Below, in pieces: positions 20,355 to 33,904 of a stretch of DNA of 64,000 nucleotides. The notes beneath the pieces are model-generated. The model did no database searches. It was not told where the DNA came from and saw only the letters and a program-made list of their open reading frames with translations. Each line of letters starts with the position of its first letter. Positions within the stretch are counted from its first letter, which is position 1. This stretch comes from a candidate division WOR-3 bacterium (GTDB lineage Bacteria; Hydrothermota; Hydrothermia; B15-G9; WFZT01): NCBI GenBank assembly GCA_027053075.1, contig JALUEE010000033.1, positions 1 to 64,000 on the forward strand, written 5' to 3'. The position numbers were made by a program, and so were the translations under genes.

Positions 20355-21560
20355 TCAGGGGATGATTTTCAAAAACCTTCTTTTCCCGACTTTTACCACA
20401 ATTGGTTCGCTGAGTTTCTTAATTTCAAGAGTTTCATTCGTAACAGGCTCACCATTTATCTTCACGCCCCCCTGTCGAATCAGCCTTCTTGCCTCACTCT
20501 TTGATGGAACAACCCCTGCCTTATGGAGGATGTCTATCAGTAATTCGCCCTCACTGTCTAACTTATAAACCGGGATGTTGTCAGGGATTTCCTTCTGTCT
20601 AAAAACGCGATTGAAGTGTTCCTCGGCCCTTTTGGCCTTTTCGTAACCGTGGAACAGCTGGACTATTTCAAAGGCAAGCCGTGCCTTGGCATCCCTTGGA
20701 TTCTCTTTTACCAGTTTTTCCACCTTTTTAAGCTCGTCGTCATCGTAGTAGAGAACAAGCTTGAAGTACTTGAGAATCAGATCATCTGGAATGGACATTA
20801 CCTTGCCGTACATGTTTTCAGGAGAATCTTTCAGGGCTATATAGTTATCGTAGGATTTGGACATCTTGAGCTTTCCATCCGTTCCCTCGATAAGAGGCAC
20901 TGTGAGGATCACCTGGGGCTCCTGCCCGTAGTATTTTTGAATATCCCTTGCGATGACAAAATTGAACTTCTGGTCAGTGCCTCCTACTTCGATGTCCGAG
21001 GAAATGGCATAGGAGTCATAACCCTGGAAGAGTGGGTAGAGTAGTTCATGAATGAAAATGGGAATCTCCTTCTCAAACCTCATTTTGAAATCATCGCGCT
21101 CAAGCATCCTTGCCACCGTATAAGTTGCGGCAAGCTCAATGACATCCTTGGATGTGAGGGCTCCAAGCCACTTCGAATTGTAAGTGACCTCTGTCTTATC
21201 GGGGTCAAGTACCATGTAGACCTGCTCAAAATATGTCCGGGCGTGCTCTTTAACCTCTTCCTCGGAGAGTCTCGGCCTCGTCTTGGATTTTCCCGAAGGG
21301 TCACCAATCATTGCAGTAAAGTCCCCCACGATAAAGACAATCTGATGCCCCAGGTCCTGGAGGTCTTTAAGTTTTTTAAGGCAAACATAATGGCCGAGGT
21401 GGAGGTCGGGTCTGGATGGGTCAGCGCCGTACTTTATGCGCAGAGGAATCCCCTTTTCCCTGGACCTTTTGAGCTTCGCAACAAGCTCTTCCATGGGAAG
21501 TAAATCGACAGTATTCTTCTGTATGATCTTGATTTCTTCTTCTATGGACAGGTTTTTCAT
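20355..21560 (-). CDS. tyrS: Tyrosine--tRNA ligase
   Basis: HLGH (HIGH) and KMSKS motifs, GGTDQ, C-terminal S4 domain. Confidence 0.96.
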   Translation of the reverse strand: MKNLSIEEEIKIIQKNTVDLLPMEELVAKLKRSREKGIPLRIKYGADPSRPDLHLGHYVCLKKLKDLQDLGHQIVFIVGDFTAMIGDPSGKSKTRPRLSEEEVKEHARTYFEQVYMVLDPDKTEVTYNSKWLGALTSKDVIELAATYTVARMLERDDFKMRFEKEIPIFIHELLYPLFQGYDSYAISSDIEVGGTDQKFNFVIARDIQKYYGQEPQVILTVPLIEGTDGKLKMSKSYDNYIALKDSPENMYGKVMSIPDDLILKYFKLVLYYDDDELKKVEKLVKENPRDAKARLAFEIVQLFHGYEKAKRAEEHFNRVFRQKEIPDNIPVYKLDSEGELLIDILHKAGVVPSKSEARRLIRQGGVKINGEPVTNETLEIKKLSEPIVVKVGKRRFLKIIP

Positions 21561-21901
21561 GCCCAATAAATGAATATTCCGCAGTTCGGACAGGTCTCTA
21601 TCTTTTCATTATTGTGTGGTTGAGAAACCACAGATATGGGGAGTTTTACAAAGCAGTTCATGCAAACTCCCCCGATGATCGGTGAAACCCCTCTTCCGTA
21701 TCTTTTCTTTAAAATGTCGTACTTTCTTAATATGTTTTCGGGAATCTTACTTCTGATCTCATCCCTGGCCTTTTCCAGGGCCTCTAATTTCTGCTGAACA
21801 TCAATCTCAAAGCCAAGGTCCCGGTAATTTGGGTTTTTAATCTCCTCAATCATGAGATCAAGGTCGTTTAGCGTGATCAGTGCCTCGAGGATTTTATTCA
21901 C
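21557..21901 (-). CDS. C4-type zinc-ribbon (zf-RING_7-like) protein, short form
   Basis: CMNC...CPNCGIFIY after a short coiled coil; probable GTG start at 21901 with GAGGAGG RBS. Confidence 0.75.
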   Translation of the reverse strand: MNKILEALITLNDLDLMIEEIKNPNYRDLGFEIDVQQKLEALEKARDEIRSKIPENILRKYDILKKRYGRGVSPIIGGVCMNCFVKLPISVVSQPHNNEKIETCPNCGIFIYWA

Positions 21902-22355
21902 TTTCTTCCTCCTCAAGCTTCAAGAGGTATTCCACAAACTCTTTAGGGCTCTTGATATTCATATAATCGTTCCTTCTTGCGAGTTTTCTTGCGATCTGTG
22001 CTATCTTCCCAAGAGTTAAAAGATAAGTGGTTCCAGGGTCCTGGGGCGGTGCACACAGAAGGAAGAATAGATGAACAGGTTTCCCATCGAGGGAATCAAA
22101 GTCAACACCCTCCTTTGAAAGCCCCACCACGAGATAAACATCGTCGAGAACCACACTCCTGACATGTGGAATTGCGATGCCCTTACCGATTCCGGTGGAA
22201 CCGATGGATTCTCTTTTCTTGAGGGCATCCAGGACGATTTTTTCTCTCTCTTCGGGGAGTTTCAAAACACCCAGGAGTTCTTTCAGAACTTCGTCTTTTG
22301 TTTTGGATTTAAGATCAAGTATTACTCGATCCTCGGAAATCAAATTTTCCAGCAT
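21894..22355 (-). CDS. PTS EIIA component (Ntr/fructose-type)
   Basis: RESIGSTGIGKGIAIPH phospho-His motif, GVDFDSLDGKPV. Confidence 0.9.
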   Translation of the reverse strand: MLENLISEDRVILDLKSKTKDEVLKELLGVLKLPEEREKIVLDALKKRESIGSTGIGKGIAIPHVRSVVLDDVYLVVGLSKEGVDFDSLDGKPVHLFFLLCAPPQDPGTTYLLTLGKIAQIARKLARRNDYMNIKSPKEFVEYLLKLEEEESE

Positions 22356-22540
22356 AATAATGCCTCCATTTGTGTTGATTTTACTTTTCTATTACATCCA
22401 TGTCAATAAACGATGGACGTGTTTAATTTTATCCCCAATTCTTAAAAATTTCTACTTTCATAACGAATTCATAGGGAAATTGGGCACTTTGCTTTAAAAT
22501 ATACCCTTCAAATTCTTGGAAAAGGGAGCAAGAAACCAAC

Positions 22541-23395
22541 ATGTTCAGGAAATTTAGGAAGCATCGGAGGAAAAACAAAATACAGCAACCACCTGAAAAA
22601 AAGCCCATTACAACGGTGGAAGTATCGATCATCGGTGGGGAGTATGATAAGTACGTGTATAATGGCCCCATCCCACCGGTGGGTACATTTATCTTTATTA
22701 AGCCGAAGGGTGAGGAGCATGAAATACTCGTGAAAGTAAGAGGAATGTCGAGCAGACCTGTGGAAAAAGAGATCGAATCCATGCGAATAGCTCCGGATCG
22801 TGAAGTGGCAAGGATAATGCGGAATATGACAAAGGGGTATCTATGGGAGCACGAGGAATACCGGGATATCAAGATTACAAAAACTGAATTTGATGCCAAG
22901 ACTGGCTACATAAAGTTCGATTACATTGCTGAGAGGAAACATAAGCTCTCCAAATTTTCCATAAGACTTGCAAAGCTGCTCCACGTCAGGGTGGAATTCA
23001 CGCAGGTAGGAGCTCGAGATTACGCAAAGGAGATCGGTGGGATAGGTCCCTGTGGGCGCGAACTCTGCTGCAAGTCTTTCCTTAAAGAAATTCCCTCGGT
23101 CACTCTGGACATGGCGAGACAGCAGTATCTTTTTGCAGCACCGGAAAAGCTATCCGGTGTCTGTGGTAGGCTTATGTGCTGTCTCAGGTTCGAGTTGCCA
23201 GTTTATGAGGAACTTTCGAGGATTTATCCTCACGTTGGCTCCAGAATTCAGACTCCCAAAGGAGTGGCAAGGGTTGTAGAAATTAATGTACTCACCGGTC
23301 GTGCGAGGGTGCGATACGAGGAGGACAATTCAGAGGAAGTTCTCGATCTTTCAGAGGAGTCTGAAGAAAAAGTCGAGTGGCAGCCTGTTAAATGA
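22541..23395 (+). CDS. PSP1 C-terminal domain protein (RicT/YaaT-like)
   Basis: GGIGPCGRELCC, MARQQ, KLSGVCGRLMCCLRFE. Confidence 0.85.
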   Translation: MFRKFRKHRRKNKIQQPPEKKPITTVEVSIIGGEYDKYVYNGPIPPVGTFIFIKPKGEEHEILVKVRGMSSRPVEKEIESMRIAPDREVARIMRNMTKGYLWEHEEYRDIKITKTEFDAKTGYIKFDYIAERKHKLSKFSIRLAKLLHVRVEFTQVGARDYAKEIGGIGPCGRELCCKSFLKEIPSVTLDMARQQYLFAAPEKLSGVCGRLMCCLRFELPVYEELSRIYPHVGSRIQTPKGVARVVEINVLTGRARVRYEEDNSEEVLDLSEESEEKVEWQPVK

Positions 23396-24624
23396 ATTTT
23401 GAAGAAGCCGAGCGGTTTCTCTATTCTCTGATAAATTACGAGTACAAACCCGGGTATGTTTCTTCACTTGAGCCATTTAAGGATTTCCTCAAAACTATCG
23501 GAAATCCTCAGGAAAACATAAAAAATCCCATTCTAATTGTTGGGACCAAGGGAAAAGGCTCCACTGCGGCATTGATCACTGCAGGGTTAGCCTCTAAGGG
23601 CTACAAAGTGGGGCTCTTTACGTCTCCCCACCTTGTTGATATCCGGGAAAGAATCCAGATTAATTTTAACCTGATTCCTGAAGAGAAGTTTGCAGGCTAC
23701 GTGGAGGCGATTAAGCCCTTTATAAAAGGAGATGGAGTGAGAACTTATTTTGAGGTTCTCACGGCCATTGCATTTAAATATTTCTCCGACGAGAACGTAG
23801 ATTTTGCCGTTTTTGAGGCAGGTCTTGGTGGCAGGCTGGACGCAACAAACGTGCTAAATCAGATCGCAACTGCTATCACTCCCATTGATCTTGACCACAC
23901 GAGAATACTTGGAGACACAGTGGATAAGATCGCCCGCGAAAAGGCGGCCGTTATCAAAAACCGAGCTCCCGTTGTAACCCTTCAGTTCCATGATGAGGCG
24001 GTGGAAGTTATAAGAGAAAGAGCAGAAGAAATGGACGCCCCACTTTTGGTGTTAACACCACCCGAAGTCACTCGCATAGGTCTTGAAGGCACAGAAATAG
24101 AATGCAACTCCAGGGTGATCTCTTCTCCGCTTAAGGGAAAATTTCAGGCAGTAAATATGACTATTGCCTGCAATCTACTGGATTTATTGGGGATTCACGG
24201 ATTCAATTTTCGTAGTGTCAAACTGAGAGGAAGATTTGATGTAATCCAGAAGGGTAGTAATACGATTATAGTTGATTCCGCTCATAATGAAATTTCGCTT
24301 AAGAGTTTCTTTGAATCCTATTTTGAGTTGTTCAAAGACAAACCGGTTGTCCTCTTTGGCGTAAGCAAAGATAAGGCGATAGACGGCATGCTTGAGATAT
24401 TAAGTAAAAATTCCAAGACGATATACCTCACTGGTGCATCAGTTCCGAGAATTATAAGTCCGACCATGCTGAAAAAAATTGCGGAATCATCAGGGATTCA
24501 CATACCTGCAATATTTGAAAGACCATGTGATGGCTTGCAATTTCTCAATGAGAACTTTATAAATACAAAAATTGTGGTAATTGGTTCTTTTTATGTTGCC
24601 GGAGACGCTTACAGATGTCTTTAA
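23392..24624 (+). CDS. folC: Folylpolyglutamate synthase/dihydrofolate synthase
   Basis: GTKGKGST, FTSPHL, EAGLGGRLDATN, DHT..LG, DSAHN. Confidence 0.9.
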   Translation: MNFEEAERFLYSLINYEYKPGYVSSLEPFKDFLKTIGNPQENIKNPILIVGTKGKGSTAALITAGLASKGYKVGLFTSPHLVDIRERIQINFNLIPEEKFAGYVEAIKPFIKGDGVRTYFEVLTAIAFKYFSDENVDFAVFEAGLGGRLDATNVLNQIATAITPIDLDHTRILGDTVDKIAREKAAVIKNRAPVVTLQFHDEAVEVIRERAEEMDAPLLVLTPPEVTRIGLEGTEIECNSRVISSPLKGKFQAVNMTIACNLLDLLGIHGFNFRSVKLRGRFDVIQKGSNTIIVDSAHNEISLKSFFESYFELFKDKPVVLFGVSKDKAIDGMLEILSKNSKTIYLTGASVPRIISPTMLKKIAESSGIHIPAIFERPCDGLQFLNENFINTKIVVIGSFYVAGDAYRCL

Positions 24625-25673
24625 AAGTAGGAATAGATGTGACAGCTGTTTTAAACAGGATACCAAGAGGAATTGGAAGTTATATTTTTGAGTTAATTTC
24701 CCACATGGAAAGTGTGAATTTCATAAAATTATTCAAAGTATCCAGGCTAAAGTACCCCGGCCGTCTCAAAAGGCTCAAGGGACCAGGATACCCCTTCTTT
24801 GACCTGAATGGTAAAGCTTATTTCATGAGGAAATTTGATCTGTTTCATGGTACAGATGCCTATATTCCAAATGCAAAATTTCCGACAGTTCTTACAGTCC
24901 ACGATGTTTATCCGCTTATTAAACACCCGGAGAGCAGAACCGCGAGAAAGTTGAGAAGGGCCCTGGAAAGAAAACCAACAGCAATAATTGTTATCTCCGA
25001 ATTTGCGAAGAAGGAGCTTCTCAAATTTTTCCCCGAGGTGGAGGCGAAAACGTATGTTGTATATAATGGTGTTTCAGAATTCTGGGAGAGAATTGAGGCC
25101 CGGCATTGCCTGGACTTAAAGCAAAAATTTGAGCTTGATAAGCCCTTTTTTGTCTATGCAGGAGAAACCGAAGAGAGGAAAAATATTGAAAATTTGCTTG
25201 AGGCCTTGTCAATTTTGAACGAGGACGTTGAGCTCGTTATGACAGGCGGCTTGCTCAAGGGACATCAGCGTGACCTCGCAAAAAAATTAAGCGTACAGGA
25301 TAGGGTAAAGGAACTTGGATATGTGGAAAAATATGAGCTTAAGTGCATTTATAACCTGGCTGTTGCTCTAATTTTTGTGAGCCTTTACGAAGGTTTTGGC
25401 CTTCCGCTTCTGGAGGCCATGAGATGCGGTACCCCCGTGGTCGCTTCAGATATTGAAGTTTTCAGAGAAATTGGAAATGATGCGTTTGTGAAAGTAAACC
25501 CACAGTCCCCGGAAAGTATCAAGGAAGGAATGCTAAAAGTGCTACAAGATGAATCTTTAAGAGAACAGCTTGTGGAAAAAGGCTTAAAAAATGCCAGGAA
25601 GTTTAGCTGGTCTCGAACAGCAGTCGAAACGGCAAAAGTTTATAATTTAGCCTTAAATTATGGCAAATCGTGA
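24615..25673 (+). CDS. GT4 family glycosyltransferase
   Basis: ERKN and SLYEGFGLPLLEAMRCGTPVV motifs. Confidence 0.9.
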   Translation: MSLKVGIDVTAVLNRIPRGIGSYIFELISHMESVNFIKLFKVSRLKYPGRLKRLKGPGYPFFDLNGKAYFMRKFDLFHGTDAYIPNAKFPTVLTVHDVYPLIKHPESRTARKLRRALERKPTAIIVISEFAKKELLKFFPEVEAKTYVVYNGVSEFWERIEARHCLDLKQKFELDKPFFVYAGETEERKNIENLLEALSILNEDVELVMTGGLLKGHQRDLAKKLSVQDRVKELGYVEKYELKCIYNLAVALIFVSLYEGFGLPLLEAMRCGTPVVASDIEVFREIGNDAFVKVNPQSPESIKEGMLKVLQDESLREQLVEKGLKNARKFSWSRTAVETAKVYNLALNYGKS

Positions 25674-26646
25674 AAAATTAGTTATCATAGGCAAGAGTCC
25701 CAGATTTTTAGAGGCCCTGAGCGCGGCCAGGAAAGCTGCGGAGAGCGGGGTAAAAACTATACTTCTAACAGGGGAAACTGGAACAGGGAAGGAAATATTT
25801 GCAAGGTTTATACATGAAAAGAGTGCCCGTGCCGATGGTCCATTCATACCCGTGGATTGTTCGACTATTCCCGAAAGCCTGCTGGAGGCAGAGCTCTTTG
25901 GATTTGTAAAGGGGGCGTTCACAGGGGCAGTGAAAAGCCGAAAGGGCCTTGTGGGCCTTGCAGACAAAGGTACCCTCTTGATCGATGAAATATCAAATAT
26001 GCCCTTGAACGTGCAGAACAAGCTCCTCAGATTTCTGGAAACCAGAAGGTACAGACCTATAGGGGCTGCCGAGGAGAGAGAAGTAGATGTGCGCGTAATA
26101 GCTGCTACCAATATTAATCTTGAAACCCTGGTACGAAAGGGTAAGTTTAGAAAAGACCTCTATTACAGACTGAGCCTGATAAATATCTTCATTCCACCGC
26201 TACGGGAAAGGGAAGACGATGTGATTCTTCTCGCCCAGTTTTTTCTTAAAAAATTCATCAAAGAATACAACATAAAGGAAAAGAAGTTTACCCCGGATGC
26301 ACTTGAGAAGCTGAGACACCATTCCTGGCCAGGAAACGTTAGAGAGCTGAGAAATATTGTGGAAAGTGCCGCTCTCATGTCACATGGTACCTTGATTACC
26401 TCATCAGACATTCACATAAAGCCAACATTCATAAGGGATACCGTCACATCGAGACAAACATCAGAAGAGAGAGATAAGATTGTCCTTCAGTTTGATGTGA
26501 AGGAGTTCAACATGGAAAACATAGAAAGGGCTGTTATCATTGAAGCCCTGAAATTTACGAACTGGAACAAGAAGAGGGCTGCTGATATGCTGGGGATTTC
26601 GAGGATGAACCTGCTTCGAAAGATTAAAAAGTACGGGATAGAATAG
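25660..26646 (+). CDS. Sigma54-dependent enhancer-binding protein lacking an N-terminal regulatory domain
   Basis: GETGTGKE, GAFTGA, LLIDEI, FRKDLYYRL, WPGNVREL, Fis-type HTH; the AAA+ domain begins within about 10 residues of the start. Confidence 0.9.
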   Translation: MANREKLVIIGKSPRFLEALSAARKAAESGVKTILLTGETGTGKEIFARFIHEKSARADGPFIPVDCSTIPESLLEAELFGFVKGAFTGAVKSRKGLVGLADKGTLLIDEISNMPLNVQNKLLRFLETRRYRPIGAAEEREVDVRVIAATNINLETLVRKGKFRKDLYYRLSLINIFIPPLREREDDVILLAQFFLKKFIKEYNIKEKKFTPDALEKLRHHSWPGNVRELRNIVESAALMSHGTLITSSDIHIKPTFIRDTVTSRQTSEERDKIVLQFDVKEFNMENIERAVIIEALKFTNWNKKRAADMLGISRMNLLRKIKKYGIE

Positions 26647-26691
26647 ATTTTCCCGCCAATCCTCAATAAAATTAAAGCAAGGAGGAGAAAA

Positions 26692-27441
26692 ATGATTCAC
26701 AAAACTGCAAAAATCGGTGAAAATGTGCAGATAGGTTATAACGTGATAATTGGAGAAAACGTAATAATCGGGGACAATACCTCGATTGGCAACAATGTGG
26801 TGATCCACAGCGACACGAAAATTGGAAGTAACGTGAGGATAGACGACAACACGGTAATAGGCAAACTGCCCATGAAAGCAGCAATGTCTGCCGTGACAAA
26901 AGAAAAGGAATTACCACCTCTTGAGATTGGAGACAACGTTTTAATCGGTGCAAACGTTGTGATCTACAGGGGGGCAAAGATCGGGAACAAGGTCCTCATT
27001 GCTGACCTTGCATCAGTGCGGGAAGATGTTGAGATTGGCGACTTTACAATCATAGGGAGAGGGGTGACAGTTGAGAATAAGGTCAAAATTGGCAAGAAGT
27101 GCAAGATTGAGACGGAGGCATACATCACAGCTCTTTCTACCATTGAAGACTACTGCTTTGTTGCTCCTGAGGTCACCTTTACCAATGATAACTTCCTCGG
27201 TCGAACAAAAGAGAGGTTTAAGTATCACAAGGGGGTGACCCTTAAGAAAGGGGCACGTGTTGGAGCGAATACAACGTTTCTGCCAGGAATAACTGTTGGT
27301 GAAGATGCACTTGTTGCAGCTGGTGCTGTTGTGACTAAAGATGTTCCACCCAGAAAAATAGTAATTGGCGTACCTGCGCGGGTGTGGAAAGATGTGCCAC
27401 CCGAGCAGTTACTTGAAAACCAGGATTATTACGAGGGATAA
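26692..27441 (+). CDS. Hexapeptide-repeat N-acyl/acetyltransferase (sugar-nucleotide acetyltransferase-like)
   Basis: Extended IG.N hexapeptide repeats, [13 protein letters not shown]...GVPAR. Confidence 0.82.
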   Translation: MIHKTAKIGENVQIGYNVIIGENVIIGDNTSIGNNVVIHSDTKIGSNVRIDDNTVIGKLPMKAAMSAVTKEKELPPLEIGDNVLIGANVVIYRGAKIGNKVLIADLASVREDVEIGDFTIIGRGVTVENKVKIGKKCKIETEAYITALSTIEDYCFVAPEVTFTNDNFLGRTKERFKYHKGVTLKKGARVGANTTFLPGITVGEDALVAAGAVVTKDVPPRKIVIGVPARVWKDVPPEQLLENQDYYEG

Positions 27442-27444
27442 AAA

Positions 27445-28536
27445 ATGGCAAGAAAAACACCTCTCTACGAAGCTCATAAAAAGTTAGGGGCAAAAATTGT
27501 TGATTTTGCTGGATTCTTGATGCCCCTTCAGTATGGCAGTATCACCCAGGAGCATGTTTGGGTGAGAACACACGCGGGACTTTTTGATGTTTCTCACATG
27601 GGTGAAATAGAAGTTCACGGTGAGCGGGCTCTGGAATTTGTCTCCTATGTAACGTCCAACGATCCTTCAAAGCTGGATGTCTTTCAGGTTCAGTATTCTG
27701 CATTTCCGACAGAGAAAGGAACCGTAGTGGACGACCTTCTTGTTTATCGCCTCGAAGATTATTACCTTCTCGTTGTCAACGCATCGAATATAGAGAAAGA
27801 CTATAACTGGCTCCTTGAGCATAAATTTGACAGCGGAGTCGAGATACTAAACAGGTCTGACGAGGTTGCAGAGCTTGCCCTTCAGGGGCCTGTTAGTGAG
27901 GAGATTCTTCAAAAATACACGGACATTGATCTCTCAAAAATGAAATACTACTGGGCAGCCCGTGGCAAGGTTATGGGAAAAGAGGCCCTTGTATCCCGTA
28001 CAGGATATACAGGCGAGGATGGCTTTGAAATTTACCTCTCACCAGATGATGTGGAGGAAGTTTTCTTTAAGTTACTCGAAGAAGAGAATGTTAAACCTGC
28101 AGGCCTTGGAGCGAGGGATACCCTGAGACTCGAGATGGGCTACTGTCTCTATGGAAATGACATTGACGAGACCACCAACCTGCTCGAAGCAGGTCTTGGG
28201 TGGATCACAAAGCTCAACAAAGAGAAATTTATCGGAAAGGAAGCACTTCTGAAGATTAAAGAGCAAGGAGTGACGAGGAAGAGGGTGGGATTTGAGCCCA
28301 TTGAAGCAAAAGCCATTCCAAGACACGGATACAAAATTTTTGACGGTGATAAAGAGATCGGTGTTGTAACCAGTGGAACATTTTCTCCGTCACTCAAGAG
28401 GGGAATAGGAATGGGCTATGTACCTCCTGAATTTGCAAAGCCGGGTAGCAAAATATCTGTGGATATTCGAGGCAAAAAGGTAGATGCCCAGGTGGTAAAG
28501 CTCCCATTTTACAAGGAGGGAACGGTAAAGAAGTAA
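27445..28536 (+). CDS. gcvT: Glycine cleavage system aminomethyltransferase T
   Basis: GLFDVSHMG, SRTGYTGEDGFE, GLGARDTLRLEMG. Confidence 0.95.
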   Translation: MARKTPLYEAHKKLGAKIVDFAGFLMPLQYGSITQEHVWVRTHAGLFDVSHMGEIEVHGERALEFVSYVTSNDPSKLDVFQVQYSAFPTEKGTVVDDLLVYRLEDYYLLVVNASNIEKDYNWLLEHKFDSGVEILNRSDEVAELALQGPVSEEILQKYTDIDLSKMKYYWAARGKVMGKEALVSRTGYTGEDGFEIYLSPDDVEEVFFKLLEEENVKPAGLGARDTLRLEMGYCLYGNDIDETTNLLEAGLGWITKLNKEKFIGKEALLKIKEQGVTRKRVGFEPIEAKAIPRHGYKIFDGDKEIGVVTSGTFSPSLKRGIGMGYVPPEFAKPGSKISVDIRGKKVDAQVVKLPFYKEGTVKK

Positions 28537-28922
28537 GCAGCAGCAATTTTTAATTCCCATCTGCTGCGCGCGATTAATGCTTTTGAGAGGTGTCTAAGCA
28601 GAAAGGCTGCGTAGCACCACAGTAGTATCTTTAAAGGCATACACACCCGCGTTTGTCTGTTGGAGAATCCTATTCTTACCCGGGGAGTTTCTAAGGTGAG
28701 AGTATTTTCAGAAATCTATTAATTCAGCCTCGGATATAACTGAGGTACTGTTTAAGACGGTGGGTACCCTTCTCATAATGGTCTAAATGCAAGAATACTA
28801 AACTTCTTACATCCTGAATGCCTGTTTACAGCCGTGTGAAATCGCAGGCTCCGTGACTCAAAAATGTTGCATGGTGTTTGTTGGTTAATTAAAATATCAA
28901 AAGTTAAAAGGAGGTGCGTTAC

Positions 28923-30665
28923 ATGAAGAGAGTACTGGTAATGGTGCTGGTTGGAGTCTTTGGGCTTCATGCCCAGACTAACTGGAGACAGGCCGCAACA
29001 GATGGCCCAAACGATTATCTCCGCGCTGATTCGACGTTCAATCAGTTTGTGAGAGACATGGTAGTGGGTAGCGATCTCGACCAGGATGGAAAACCTGAGA
29101 TAATACTGACAGATTACAAAGACGGCGGTCGTATCCATGTGTTCGAGGTTGTAGGCAACGACTCCATTCAGGAAGTATGGACATTCCAAGGAGCTACAGG
29201 AAATCTCACATCTCAGCCTGCAAGAAGTGTCGCCGTGGGAGACCTTGATGGAGACGGCAAAGGAGAAATAATTGTTGCAATGACAGGAGACCCTGGTGAT
29301 ACACTCGACTCCCATGTAGGGCTCTGGGTCTTTGAGTGGGACGGAGTTGTCGGTAGCAACAATTATGGAATCAACGGTCAACCTTCAGAAAGGTATATCG
29401 ACTTCCTGAGAGAGGCAGATGGAACACTCCCAGACAGAATAAGAGCTGAGGACATAGCCGTTGGAGACTTCGATGGAGACGGAACTCAGGAAGTTTTGTG
29501 GGTAAACAACGCTTCTACCCGTTTTGATAACGCATATATTTTCTCAATCACAGGAGACATTGGAAGCGGGTTCACGAATGTTGTGGTTGAAAAGGTATTC
29601 AGGCGCACAGATTACGGATTTGGCGGAAGTACAAATGGTGCTTATGGCCCGATGGACCTCGATGGAGATGGACATCCTGAGGGTATTATAGGTGTGTGGA
29701 ATCACGGTGCTTTTGCCATTTTTGAGTCTGTAGCACCCGATAGCTACGCATTGAAATATTACGTCGATGACCTCGATAGCTCCGATCTATTCCCATGCAA
29801 TAAACTCTCCGGGATATTCGATTATGACGGTGATGGAAAGGATGAATTTTTCTTCTCAGGTGAGTACCCAGGGAGCTACAGCCCTTATTATGCAAGTGGT
29901 GTTTATATCGTGAATGTTAACGGCGCGGACATTGATTCATCCACTGTTCAAATAGATACACTCCCAATTAACAACACGTATCTGGGATTGGATGGATTTT
30001 CTGTGGCAGATGCTGACAGTGATGGGCATTTTGAGTTTTACGCCCTGACATCAATTACACGGTTGGCCTTCATGGCGGAATATCAGGGTGGACCTGTGAA
30101 TGACACCACAAGCTACTCATTTGAGCCTATTCTTCCAGAAGTCTTTTTCTATGCTGAGACAACAATAGTTGGTAGCGATACCGTAACCTACTACTTCGAA
30201 CCCACACTTTCCATAAAGCCCGGTAACGATCTCGATCATGATGGGTATAGAGAAGTTGTATTCGAGGTTTATGAGGGTCGCTCAAATTCAAACTACCCAT
30301 ATCTCCCATGGACCACAGGATTCTTAAGAGTAGCTGAATACACACCTACTGGGGTGGATGAATGGACGGTCCTGCCGCCGAGGGGGCAGAAGCCTGTATT
30401 TAACAGCGTTCTTCCGCAGCCGGTTAACGATTTTGCCGAGATAAGCTTTACACTTCCAGATGAGGCAGAGGTTACACTCAACGTTTACGATGCATCAGGC
30501 AGACTTGTGAGAAATCTCATCAGCAGGCATATGGAGAGAGGTCGTCATACCATCAGGTGGGATGGAAAAGATGTCAACGGAATCAATGTGGCAAATGGTG
30601 TTTATCTGCTAAAACTTGAAACTCCTTATGGATTTGCTGTTAAGAAGCTGGTTGTAATGAGGTAA
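28923..30665 (+). CDS. Secreted FG-GAP/VCBS-repeat protein with FlgD/T9SS-like C-terminal domain
   Basis: Signal peptide after an AGGAGG RBS; seven D-x-D-x-D-G Ca-binding repeats (e.g. DLDQDGKPE, DLDGDGKGE); VYDASGRLV...WDG...NGVYLL...KKLVVMR. Confidence 0.82.
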   Translation: MKRVLVMVLVGVFGLHAQTNWRQAATDGPNDYLRADSTFNQFVRDMVVGSDLDQDGKPEIILTDYKDGGRIHVFEVVGNDSIQEVWTFQGATGNLTSQPARSVAVGDLDGDGKGEIIVAMTGDPGDTLDSHVGLWVFEWDGVVGSNNYGINGQPSERYIDFLREADGTLPDRIRAEDIAVGDFDGDGTQEVLWVNNASTRFDNAYIFSITGDIGSGFTNVVVEKVFRRTDYGFGGSTNGAYGPMDLDGDGHPEGIIGVWNHGAFAIFESVAPDSYALKYYVDDLDSSDLFPCNKLSGIFDYDGDGKDEFFFSGEYPGSYSPYYASGVYIVNVNGADIDSSTVQIDTLPINNTYLGLDGFSVADADSDGHFEFYALTSITRLAFMAEYQGGPVNDTTSYSFEPILPEVFFYAETTIVGSDTVTYYFEPTLSIKPGNDLDHDGYREVVFEVYEGRSNSNYPYLPWTTGFLRVAEYTPTGVDEWTVLPPRGQKPVFNSVLPQPVNDFAEISFTLPDEAEVTLNVYDASGRLVRNLISRHMERGRHTIRWDGKDVNGINVANGVYLLKLETPYGFAVKKLVVMR

Positions 30666-30669
30666 GAAC

Positions 30670-30708
30670 ATGGTGGGGGGCGGCGCCGAAGGCGCCGCCC
30701 CCCACCAT
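30670..30708. repeat. GC-rich perfect palindrome (18-bp stem, GAA loop), family A, between convergent genes
   Basis: ATGGTGGGGGGCGGCGCC-GAA-GGCGCCGCCCCCCACCAT. Confidence 0.8.
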
Positions 30709-30750
30709 CTCTAAAACCGCGAATCTTTAAAAGAATCTCCCCAATAAAAT

Positions 30751-33900
<3,150 letters not shown>

Positions 33901-33904
<4 letters not shown>

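Noticed and set aside
28773..29381. Long antisense ORFs (also 44159-44794, 58845-59432, 31552-32100, 22429-22899)
   Set aside because: Shadows of well-supported genes on the opposite strand with no recognisable motifs.
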